A stretch of 64,000 nucleotides of DNA from Sphagnum compactum (lineage: Eukaryota): assembly GCA_965153455.1 (NCBI GenBank), contig OZ234493.1, forward strand, positions 18,404,213-18,468,212, read 5' to 3'. Each line of letters opens with the position of its first letter. Position 1 is the first letter of the stretch. This document shows, piece by piece, positions 28,126-40,200 of the stretch. The position numbers and the translations under genes are program-made. The notes under the pieces are model-generated. The model made no database searches, was not told the DNA's origin, and worked only from the letters and a program-made list of their open reading frames with translations.

Positions 28126-30594
28126 CTAAAATAATTAGCTAATTTCAAAATAATATGCTAACAAAGGTGTGTATAGAGGTTGGGGTTGTTGATTAGGAGT
28201 TCCATGATTCTTACTTTGTTTCATGAATTTGAAAAGAGGTTGTATCGTTTGTGGAACAAATAGTACAATGACAATTGTGATCAAGTTTATCTTCGTGTAA
28301 GAATTTTTCATGAAAAAGTTGAACTTGCAATCTATAACATGGAATAATTATCTTAAATAGTGATTTCAATAACTTATTAAAACAAAAATATACTTAAGTT
28401 AATCAATCAAATATCAAATTAATTAATCTGATTTTTAGATCCAACTTTTTATTATCCAAATAAATAAAGTTACGCCAAATGATTAGTTAATTATTTTAAA
28501 TAAATAATGATTATCTAATTCTTGATAATTAATCATTTAAATTATCTGAAATATTGGTCTATTAATTATTTCATTATATGACAAAATTTATTGATAATTC
28601 ATTGATTATCAGAAATATTTCATATTAAATTGGGGGGAAATTTTTAAGGTTTAGACATATGTGAAATAATACAACTTCATTCTATATCTTCTTCAAAGAG
28701 ATTGGAAAAATTAGGTTAGAGTTGTCACACAAAGGTAAGAAGCAAACCTTATGTGAAAACCCAACCCTAAATGCAATACAAAGTTTGTCAAGATCAAAAA
28801 AAAAAATTCAAGCTTAAAATTTCTTCAAATATGTTCATATTTTTTTTTTCCCTTTTAAAGTTGTAAACTCATTTCAAAAAACATATATATAAATTTTCTA
28901 ATTTAATAAGATTTTAAACTATGTTTTAAAAAAAATCAAAGCACATGATTTTCTACTTTTTTTTTGTTTTGTTTCACATAATAATAAAAATGATCTCTCC
29001 CATATATTAATCCTATGTTTGATTGAAATTTTATTTTATAATTTTCTGATATATAGTAAATAATTTCTTGGTTAAAATAATCATATAGCGGGTCAAAAAT
29101 ATTTTATATTTTATACATATATAACACAAGTCCTTATGTGAACTTTATTTTTTATGATGTATAATATTGGTTTAAATATTGGTCCAAATATATTGTTATT
29201 TATAACACAAATATATAAATAATGATATTATGGAATTATATTGTTGATTCATTTAAATACATATAATATTTTCATATTTATTTAAAATAAAAAAATTTGA
29301 TATATATATATATATATAAACCTATGGTTACATATATTGCAATTGTTCTTAATGAACTTTGTTTTTAATGTGAATGTAAAAATTTCAAAAGATTAATAGC
29401 TAGGTATGAGAATGTTCATAAGCTCTTAGACGCCATGCCAGAGTTTGTGTGGATTTTAAAAGCTTTGTGAAGGCCAAGTTATGTAATGTTTTCGACACCT
29501 TTAGAAGCTGAAACATGACTCGACTATCTAAAAAACACAATAGTGTTCATAAAAAAACAACCAAGAATCTATAGCCTTGACAAATTACTAGTTTCAACAA
29601 AAGCTCATTGCCAAGGTTATTAGATTGACTAAAGTGTCGACATTAACCAAACTAAACAACTTAGCCTAAACATGAGTAACAGGTTAGTAAGTTATTTGTT
29701 AAATAACCTAATTAACTACCTAATAGGCTACCTACGTAATATAGGCCTATTATGTAGTTTATTCATTAGTGTAGGCCTTCTAGGTTAATATCTTAGATGG
29801 TCTATGTAGGTATTGAAGGTGGTTGAGTTTATTAAGTAAACATACTAGTTATATAAGTAGTTTACTAGCCTAGGCCACATAAGCCTAATAAGCGTTTATG
29901 ATAGTTTAATGTCTAATCCTTATTATATTATAACATATTAAATTTGAATAATTTTTTAAAAAAAAAACACATTTTTTCATATAATTGTTATAAGTATATA
30001 TTATTGGAATATGATTATAATTTAGAGCTTGGGAAACCCTAAATTAATTAACATTTTTTCACAAGTCCATAGTAAATAAAATAAATCTACGGTGCATTTT
30101 AAGGGGAATTTTATATGCAAAACAATGCAATATATATTTTTAAAGAAAGTGAAAGAGATCAGCTTGGAAATATTAACAAATGGTAAGAGATATACCTTCT
30201 TTTGTGTTTTGTTACAAATTTTATTTAGTTATTAAAAAAATTTAAGGCTAAATTTGTAATTGGTGAAAGTAAGTATGTGTGTGAATATTACAAAATTATA
30301 TGAAACCTTAACCCTAAATGCAATAGCCATATTCAAGTTCATTTCAAAATAACCCATAGGTGAATAAGGTAAAACCTGCAATGAAAGGGCAACCTTAAAT
30401 GCAATACCCACATGTAAGGTCGCTTTGAAATACTCAATATGTAGTTTGGGTGCGCCTTTGAATGAAAACCAAAGCCTAGATGCAATACCCACATGTAACA
30501 TCATTTCAAAATAATTAATAAGTGATATGGGTATCTAAAATATGTTTTTTTATATACCTAAATTAATTATTATTCTGAATTAATTTTATGACAA

Positions 30595-30815
30595 ACTACA
30601 AGTTTTGCAATGAATGTACAAAACAAGCAACTATTATGGGACCTATATGCAAGTATTGCAAGGAATGTAAAAAACCAGTGACTATTATGGGACCAATATG
30701 CGAGTATTGTAAGGAATGTAAAAAACTAGCAAAAACTATGGGACCCATATGCGGGTGTTGCAATGAATGTAAAATGCCAGCGACTATTATGGGACCCATA
30801 TGCAGGTATTGCATA
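30595..30815. repeat. 48-bp tandem repeat (about 4.5 units)
   Basis: GAATGTAAAAAACCAGYGACTATTATGGGACCMATATGCRAGTATTGCAA units; the repeat explains the CxxC-repeat ORF 30588-30902. Confidence 0.9.
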
Positions 30816-31492
30816 TTTGAAAATGGCTTTATGGAATTTATAATAGAAAATGATGTAGGTATTATATGTTTAAAATGTGTGTATTGTTTTAAAAGTCTTT
30901 AGGTGATGTGAGTCCTATTACATTAGATGTAAGTATTGCACAATGTTCATTTTAATCTTTGTAGACCTTAGACAAATTAATGTTACCTATTCATATGGTC
31001 CTATTTAAGGTTTGATTCTTACATCTCAAGTACTAAGAAAATTATGACAAAAAAGACATATATGATTAATCATATATCGATCAAACAAATGTGACTAAAA
31101 GATAATATAATATTGATAAAAGATGTACAAAAATGGGTGGATGAAAAATTACCAAAGAACCCAATGAAAAAAAAGGGTTTTTTATAACATACCAAAGGAC
31201 CAAAGCTTAAAAATTGGGTAGTCCAAACAATAAAAGGGTTGAAAAACCTAGCTAACTATATAAAGTGAAACCCTAAACCATATCGATATTTATAATCCTG
31301 TGTTTAGTTTGGTAAGCAACTACTGCATTTGCAGCCTTTATTGCATGATGAGTAGTGTAGAAATGGCGCCATTGCATTTCAGCCTGAACTGCATTTGGAA
31401 CAAATTCTTCTTTTGTTTTGTCCTAAACCTTAACACACCTTGAATGAAATAAAATTATATATAAAAAAATAAACATTGATTATTATTGTTTC

Positions 31493-34400
31493 TTACCTTC
31501 CATGAATCATTCTAGATTCATGAAAATCTAATACATTTGTTAACTAATTTGTCCGATTTGCTTTACTGGACTTTTGATCCCAATTTTTGACATCCCATGC
31601 CATCTTTAATTGTCATGCATATACACAACAGGTGGATCGAATCATCTCTTGTAAATCTTCATCCTTCTCCATCCGTGATGTTACATCTCGAGGCACACTG
31701 CCCACGCCCCAAGCATTGAGACCCAACACCTACCACTAGTAGAAATCAACCAAAATGTAACCACTCCATTTACGACTACATGCGATTAGTAGTCGTTTAC
31801 GACTCGATTTGGGAACATTTGCAACTCCAGGACCATATTTCAACTATTTTGGTCATTCTCACAACTATGATGCAACTATTAAAAAATTTCATCCTATTGG
31901 TTGGATCAATTCTACATTTATTTTCATCCATTAATAGGTTGATATGTCCCATTAGTCACAATAGTCACCAAATTAGTTGCATCCTAAAGGTATTCTACAA
32001 TGACATAAGCGTGTATTTTAATGTATGTACTAAAATTATATATATATAATATGCATATGTATGTATATTGTTCATATAATGAATCTCAAAATTAATATTT
32101 GAACTTTCAATTTTTTATTCAAATCTCAAAATTGATATTTCAATTCTGAAAACTATTATTTTATTTTTAAAAATATATTAGAATTTGAAACGTGATGTTT
32201 GAATCTGAAAATTATTATTTCAATTGTTTAAAACATTATGTGAATTTCAATTTTTTGATTTGAATATGATTTTTTCAATTTAAATTCAAAAAGGCTTATT
32301 TGATACAAAAATTGATATTTGAATTCTAAATTAATATTTTTAAATCCAAAAATTAATATTTCAATTCAGAAATTATTAATTGATTATAAAAACATTTTAA
32401 TTTTGAATATTTTTATATGAATATGAAAATTTCTATTTGAACTCAAAAATTATGCATTTAAATTTTAAATAATTATTTGATTTGAACCTGAAATTTCAAT
32501 TCCAAATTATTATTTTGGATTCTCAAAATTAATATTTCAAGTCTGAAAATTTATTAATTGAGTCTAAAAATGGACATTTCAATTTTGAATATTGTTACTT
32601 GAATCTGAAAATTGACATTTCCATTCTGGAAATTGTTATTTAAATTCAAAAAAATTATTTGATCTAAAAAATGATATTTGATTTCTAAATTATTATTCTC
32701 GAATCTAAAAATTAGTATTTCAATTTTAAGAAATTATTTGACTTGAAAGTTGAAATTTGAATTCCAAATTATTATTTTGGATTTTCGAAATTAATATTTC
32801 AATTCAGAAAATTGTTAATTGAGTCTTAAAATGGACATTTCAATTTTGAATATTCTTATTTGAATCTGAAAATTGACATTTCAATTCTGGAAATTGTTAC
32901 TTAAATTCATAAAATTTATTTGATCTAAAAATTGATATTTGAATTCTAAATTATTATTTTCGAATCTAAAAATTAGTATTTCAATTCAAAAACTATATTG
33001 AGTCTAAAAATTGACATTTTGATTGAAAATAGTTTTATTTGGACTTGAAATTTGATATTTGAATTGTGAAGTTTAAAATTTCAATTTTAATTTGACTTGA
33101 AAGTTGAAATTTGATTTCCAAATTATTATTTTGGATTTTCGAAATTAATATTTAAATTCAGAAAATTGTTAATTGAGTCTTAAAATGGACATTCTAATTT
33201 TAAAGATTATAATTTGAATCTGAAAATTGAAATTCCAATTCTGAAATTTGTTATTTACCTTCAAAAAACTTATTTGATCTAAAAATTGATATTTGAATTC
33301 TGAATTACTATTTTAGAATCTTAAATTTATATTTTAATTCAAAAAATTATTGGTTGAATTTTAAGAGTTTTTCTACTAATGTTATCCATAATAAATCACT
33401 TTTATAAATAATTATAAATGATTATGTTTATTAAATCTAAGTTACATAAAATTATTATTGTGTGTAATATATATTTGTATGTTATATAATTTATATTCTT
33501 ATATTAGAAGTTTAATTAATATAATTAATGTTACATTACTTGAAAATCATTGTAATGATTTCAGATAAGAATTAATTAGTATATGCATAATTATTTTCTA
33601 ATTGAACTTAATATTCACACTCTGTAATTTATAAGTGCAAACCTAAATTAAAAATTTGGAAAAATGTCAGTGTAATTAAAATAATTATTTTATTGATTTT
33701 AATTTCATGAGTTATTGTATATATATATATATATATTAATTTTATGATTAATCATCTATGATAAATATTTTATAGTAATTTTACAGTATTTATGAAAATT
33801 AATGTCATGTTTAACAAATTATTGTATTTATAGTTAACAATTACCAAGAGAAAAAAATTACTTGACCTACAATAATTTTTACAACAATAAATGTAATTAT
33901 AAAATAAGTAATGTAATTAGTTGAATAATAATTTTTCGAAATTTTGTTACTTTTTAATAACAATTGTTAATTCATTACTTCTAATTTTAACATAAATATT
34001 TAAAATATTTTACATTAATTATATTATATATAATTCGATCAAATTCCTAAAATAATAAAATATTTTAAAATATTTTAGTTATTTAATTATTTATGAGTTA
34101 TGTACTAATAACTTGTGAGTAACTAGATAGTTAGTTTGTTAAATATTAAGAAGTTATTACTTATTTAAGTAATTGATAATGAATGTTGAATATTTGTAGT
34201 GTATAATTTATAATTAAATATATGTAAATTTAATCATTATTAATTAAATGATTATCTAGTTATGTAGTACTTGAATTGTTTAGAAATCTAAAAACTAAGA
34301 AAGTAAGGCATGAAGAAAGTTTTGGAATTACAACTTAGTTTGTGAGGAAGTTGCAAGTTCAAAATTTATCCCATATTGTTTGTTCTTGATTCCTATTTTG

Positions 34401-36198
34401 AACACTATATAAACAAGGGGGTGTGGTCATCCAATTTCACATTAAGAAATTTGTGCACATGGGATGAGTTAATTAAAAAGCTCAACGCAAAACAAAAAAA
34501 CAAATTATGCACATTTCTAAAATATTTACCTTCCTAACCTACTTATCTACCTAGCTAGGTAGGTACCTAGTTTGACCTACCCCTCTAGGTTGACCTATGT
34601 AACTACCTACTTAAATACCTACCTATATGAGTAGGTATTTAACCTAGGAACGTAAAACCTACCTACTCATTAAACCTAAGTAGGTAGGTTAGTATGTAGC
34701 CTAGGTTTGTAGGCACCTATTTATGTACCTACCCAACTACCTACCAACCTAATATTAATATTTTTATTAAATTATTTTTATGCCACGTGGCATACTTACA
34801 TTGGGCCACGTGTCATAATATAATATCATCCAAGTATTTGAATTGAACGTCCTAGATATTTCAAAATAATAATAATTATATTTTATAATTAAATATTAAG
34901 ACCCGTGGCAACACATCATTTGCCGTCAATTGTGACCAAAATAGTTGCATCTTAGTCGCATGTGACAATACGTATACAATGGAGTCAAAGGATGAAATGT
35001 ATTTGTTGACTTTTTCTTTCATACAATACCCTTTGTCATTTGCGACTACTTTATCACATGCGACTTATCTTAGGCGACTAAAGGGATTTTAGTTGCAAAA
35101 TGTTTCTTGCAACTAAAATTTAGTCACAAAGACTAGTCGAAAATACATATTTTTCTTCTAGTGTACAACAGGTGTTCTGAAGCTAATTTGATCAAAGCTG
35201 GTTTTGGGAATGGTGGACATTATTTTGCAATAGCTACCAGGTTATTCCACTTGCGTTGTGCTTTGGCACGAACGTGACTAGCAACCTTTTGATCATTCCA
35301 CCTTTGCACAGCCATGGCATTTCCCAAGATGCGAGCATTCATTTTAGCATGGTCTTGATGTCGAGGACTTCTTTCAAAAGTTGAAGGCCTCTTAGGTTTG
35401 GCCTTTTCTGCCACCAAGCCATGCACCTCCTTCAAATGCTTGGTCAACAACCATTTGGCAAAATATGCGACAATGCAAGTGCCAACTTTACACTTCCATT
35501 TCAACCCAACCTTCGTCCATTCTTTGTCCTTCTAAGCCAAATTAGGTGGACAAGGGGGTGCCGGTGGCTGAGAAGCCTGGTCGATTTCAAGTTCCGGACC
35601 TAAACCAAAAAATATCAAGAAGTAAATCAATATTTTGTAATAAAAAAATCTTAACCCTAAAACCTTACACATAAAGAGTTCAAAAAACAGAATGCAGGTA
35701 TTACAAAACATAAAATCACACAATCACATATTATTCCTGTAAACTTTAATTGTTTTCAGGTATTGCAATAAAAAAATTTTGACAAAAAAAATCCCGCACC
35801 TTCCAACAAATGATGGAAGGTACAGATACAATTAAACTTCAAAAAACTTGTACAATTTTTTTTATCTGCATTTAATCTAATGTCCATAAATTTAAAAAAA
35901 ACCTATATTACAAACTGTCATCCTTGTCAACTCTAATCCACATAGATTGTTTGATACATCAATTTTCAATTCTCATTTCTAATGAAACAACATTTTGCTC
36001 CTCAGGTATTAATTATGATAGAACACCATTTTGCTCAGCAATTGCCTCATCTGATGCAACAACATTTTGCTCAACAATTGCCTCATCTGATGTAGTAACA
36101 TTTTGCTCAATAATTGCCTCATTTGATGCAGCAACATTTTGTTTGTGAACTTCCCAATCACCACCACCACTTTTTTTCAATCTCTTTCCTCTAGCCAT
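31493..36198 (-). pseudogene. MULE accessory gene with C2H2 zinc finger (copy B), convergent with the transposase and split by the CACTA insertion
   Basis: ATG 36198 MARGKRLKKSGG plus 12-aa repeats (EQNVxxSDEAIx); next exon from about 35599 with C-x4-C-x12-H-x4-H (CKVGTCIVAYFAKWLLTKHLKEVH); resumes below 31733 as VLGLNAWGVGSVPRDVTSRMEKDEDLQEMIRS..ESRMIHGR*; colinear with 17610-18816. Confidence 0.8.
31734..35163. mobile_element. Non-autonomous CACTA (En/Spm) element, 3430 bp
   Basis: Ends CACTAGTAGAAA ... TTCTTCTAGTG; 3-bp TSD TAC (31731-31733, 35164-35166); subterminal CGACTA/TAGTCG/TAGTTGCA motifs; AT-rich internal tandem array at about 32080-33350; absent from homologous copy A. Confidence 0.93.
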
Positions 36199-36269
36199 TA
36201 CAACCTTCAACATAAAAAAAACCACCATTTCATTGTTAATTATCAATTCTAATGAACTAAACCAAAAGG

Positions 36270-37200
36270 ACTAAAGAAACAAAGAAAAAAAAAAACCGCC
36301 TGCTGCCATTGCCTTCTTAAAAACAACACCATCATAGAAGAAGGTGACGACATTGCTGCCGTCAGCTTCTTCGTAGCAAAACCACCAAAAAGAGGCGCAA
36401 GCCGCCATTTTCTTGCAACAAATCCCTCGAAGAAGGTGACGAAAGTTGTTGTCTTCTTTTTCTTCACTACAACAAAACCATAAAAGAAGATGATGGCTCA
36501 TTACCGTTGCCTTCTTTGTTGCAACAAAACGATAACAAAAGGTGACACTGCCATTGCCTTCTTCGATGCGCTGCTACAAAACAAAAAGAGGAAGGCAACG
36601 ACAACATTGTTGTCGTCGCCTTCTTTGCTACAACAAAACGAAAATAAAAGGCGATGGCAATAATACTGTCGTCGCCTTCTACGCTACACAAAAAAAAAAA
36701 GGTGACGACAGCTTTGTTGCTGTCGCCTTTGCTACGCTACAACAAAACAAAAAGAAGAATGTGACAGTAGCAACGCTACTGTCGCCTTCTACGTTGCAAT
36801 TTTAAAAAAAAGGCGACGGTAGCTTTGTTGTTGTTGCCTTCTTCGCAGCACTGCAACAAAATAAAAAGAAGAAGGCGATGGCAGCAACACTACCATCGCC
36901 TTCTTTGCTGCCGTCGCTTTCTACGCTGCAACAAAAAAAAAGAAGTAGAAGCAATGTCAGCCTTCTTCACAGCGCTGCAACAAAACAAAAAGAAGAAGGC
37001 GATGACAACTTTACAAAGCTGCCATTGCCTTTTGCATTCTAACAAAAAAAAAAAAAAAAGTTGCCGTTGCCTTCTTCGCTGCGTTGAAACAAAAGAAAAA
37101 AAAGAAGGTGACGGCAGCAACGTTGCCATTGCCTTCTACGCTGCAGCAAAAAAGAAGAAAAAAACGATGGCAGCTTTGCAACAAAACAAAAAAAAGAAAA
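36270..37200. repeat. Array of short palindromic units (AAGAAGGCGAYGRCAGC..GYTGYCGTCGCCTTCTT) upstream of the accessory gene; shorter counterpart at about 17050-17480
   Basis: GAAGGYGAYG and CRTYGCCTTC alternate, separated by GCTRCAACAAAA and poly-A. Confidence 0.85.
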
Positions 37201-40200
37201 CAACGAAATGAAAAACAAGAAGGCTTAAGGGAGGGAGTTTACCTTCAAGGTCCCGTGTGGGTCCTGCTTCAGGCACTCCAACAGTGGCTCTGCTCTCGCT
37301 CTCGCTCCAACAATGGCTTTGCTCTCGCTCGACGGCTCCCGAGCCCTGGCGATGGAATGAGAGGTAGGAGGTGGGAGGTAGGAGGGGGGAGGTAGGTGGG
37401 AGGGAGGTAGGTACGAGGGAAAAATGTTGGGGCGGAGAGAAGAGGTGGAAAAAAACAATAACTTTGGGTAGGGAGGATGTGCTTTTGGTTCATCCCCAAA
37501 ACGGCTTCAACAGCCTCATCCTCAACTGGTGCATTGGTGGCTGCTGGTTCACTCCAACCAGTATAATATTATCACCAACCAGGTTCTTCATTTGAATCTT
37601 TCAATGTATTGAAAACAACTTGTGTTTGAATTCCCTTGTTGTGCTTTTGGTATTGTTAGATAACCCTGGATGAGACAATATGCATGATACCAGTGAAGCT
37701 AAAGTTCTTGAATTTAGAGTGATTTCCATTGTTAGAAATTAATTAGAAATTATAAAATTGGTTTTTTAAACTAATCAATGCCTTTTCATCAACTTGGCCA
37801 AAGTAGAAGCTCATTGGGCATCAAATTTTTCCTTCCACATTATATGAGGAAATGCATGGGAAATTTCAACGAATCAATGCTTCTTCATCATATTGGCCCT
37901 TCAGATTGACCCCTTCACATTCCAATACTTAACCGGAACAATGTTATTTGTTTTCTATTTGCATTTGTCCATACAGGAAACATTTGGGAGATGGCATCTT
38001 ACGGTGCCTAGATTGTACCTTACATAATTAAGTGTATGTGCATGTATTTTCTTCCAGTTTTTTCACATGAAAGGTTGCTGCAATGGCTTGAAATTCTTTC
38101 CTATACAAGGCATTTCACAAGGTCAATGCTTACTTTTTTGAGATATTTAACCACTAAATGTCAGGAGTGACAATTTACAATGTAAAGCAGCCCATATTGG
38201 GCTTGTCTGACGTTCAGGAGATGATTTGCGCTCACCAATGACCATCGTCTACCAACGACCTTTCAGAGAAAAAGAATACTTAGAGGAAGTATCTCATTCT
38301 CTAATTTGAGTTTATGCTTTCGAATGACTTTTACAATGTAGATGTGTTGTAAAGGTGTGTAGTCTGTACCTGCACATGCTGCAATATTTGGTGCCTTTTT
38401 AAGTGGCAGAATCGACCATCACGGTCATATCTGTCATTACTGACCTTTGCATCTCCATTTGACAACTACCTGGACAACCTACCACAGACATTGAGGGCAG
38501 GGAACTGGAATCTGCCAGGTCTTGTCTGTAATCTAGTGCACTATGGAGTCCATCTACTAGATAATGGGGTCCATGTACCAAATACTATAATAACTTGGCG
38601 GCTTTGGCACAAATTATATATATATTTTTAAAACGCTGCAATTTTCAAATTTTATTTTTCTGAAAAATGATTTTTTTTGGAAGGAGATTGAAGAATATTC
38701 TGGAATATTCTATTTTTGGAAATGGAATTCTCCAATTTAATTAATTGTTGGGCAGACATGTGCTGAAGCCGCTCCTGAGTCGATATTTTTCCTACAGAGG
38801 TGTAGATTGGGATCTATCTTGCAATAGCTTTATGCTAACCTGGGTGCTGGTTCACTCTGGCCCTATTCTAACCTCTCGTACATCTGTGAGTTTGGTGTCT
38901 CCATCCAGCACATGGTGGAATCAGGAAAGTAATTAGCTCACTGTTACTGCCACATCATAATTCAACTGGCACTGGTTTGAAGCTTTGCTTACCGATTTTG
39001 GCCCATCGATGTCCATTTATCACATTTAAGCTGGCCCATTGACCTATAACATTAATGCTGCACCAATGTATCAACTCTGACGCTCGGACCAACATCGCAG
39101 CTTTGATACCTGACAGTGTCTATTATGTAACTTGTAATTTATTTAGTAAATAATTTTGTAGACGTTATTGTTTTGTCTCTGCATAGCTAGCTAGTTGCTA
39201 TTGTGGCTACACAGCTAGCCTAATCCTTAAAATAGCATAGTTGGGTAAGTATTTCTGGAAGGTGGAGTTGACTTGGTGATTTCTGTTTTTGAAAAGGGTG
39301 ACTAGGATCGCTGTTTATTATTTGCACATGTCTGCAGAGTGACTGCAGTGGTAATAAGTGTGATTGAACACATCGACAACATGTGTGTTGTTAAGCGGAG
39401 TGTATTTGGCTATGGGGTTATCGCAAAGAGAAGGCAAATTTTGGTGATTGGGTTACTTGCAAAGGGAATGCATTTGACTTCACAGAATCACCAATCAGAG
39501 GTTAACATGCTTCAAATTTTGTAGAAGGCTAAATTTTAATTGAGGTTGCCCATTTTCTTCATTGCTTTAGTGGTAAGAAGTTTTATCCAAGAAATCTTCA
39601 ATAGAGTTTTGTAGACGAAATATCCTGGTGCTACAAACTTTGCATGCCATTAGAATTTAGCATACACTACAAGAGTCACTTGAGTCAAGACTGGTCCACG
39701 TTGCTCAATGCGTATGCTTAATTCTAATGTGACACTTGCCAATTGTGACTTTCCAGCCACCAGAAGAATTTAAGATACATTACAAGACTAGTCCCCAATA
39801 GATTATGGGGCATGATTAACTAGGGCTGGCCCATGGATATGTGGTGCAAGAGAATCTAAATGGCATGCCGCATAAGCCAACATGAAGTAGATGAAAAAAA
39901 AGGTTGGAATGGGCAACCTACATAATTCAACCAATATTTTGTAAATTGAGCAAGAAAATTTGGGCTTAAGCTTTTGAAAAATATTTCAAAAATTGGTGGA
40001 GAGCTTTCTAATTTCTGCATTTCCCAGCTCCAAGAACTACAACACACAACCATCAAAGTGCTTGATACGCCAAAAAAACGTAGTCCAATATAATTCACAT
40101 TTAACTTTTTTGTTTCACCTTAACCTTCAAAAAAAGGTATTTATGTCTTTGATTTCTTTCATATCTTGCACAATTTGGTTAATAGTCTTGTTAACTAGAA

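Larger units (their letters stand above)
22552..37559 (+). mobile_element. MULE copy B (15008 bp including nested CACTA), formerly autonomous
   Basis: TIRs GGCCAAAATGAACCAGCAGCCACCAATGCACCAATT ... AACTGGTGCATTGGTGGCTGCTGGTTCACTCCAACC; perfect 9-bp TSD AGTATAATA at 22543-22551 and 37560-37568; contains a MULE transposase. Confidence 0.95.

Noticed and set aside
30588-30902. ORF with repeated CxxCxxC units resembling a metal-binding protein
   Set aside because: It is the translation of a 48-bp tandem repeat, open on both strands, and is not expanded in homologous copy A.
16655-37559. Single giant element with multi-kb TIRs
   Set aside because: The outer flanks differ (CTTCCCAGT vs AGTATAATA) and each matches an inner TSD, showing two separate insertions.
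36249-37595. Many overlapping Lys/Phe-rich ORFs (also 16829-17330)
   Set aside because: By-products of A/T-run and palindromic repeats; no domain and no frame conservation between A and B.
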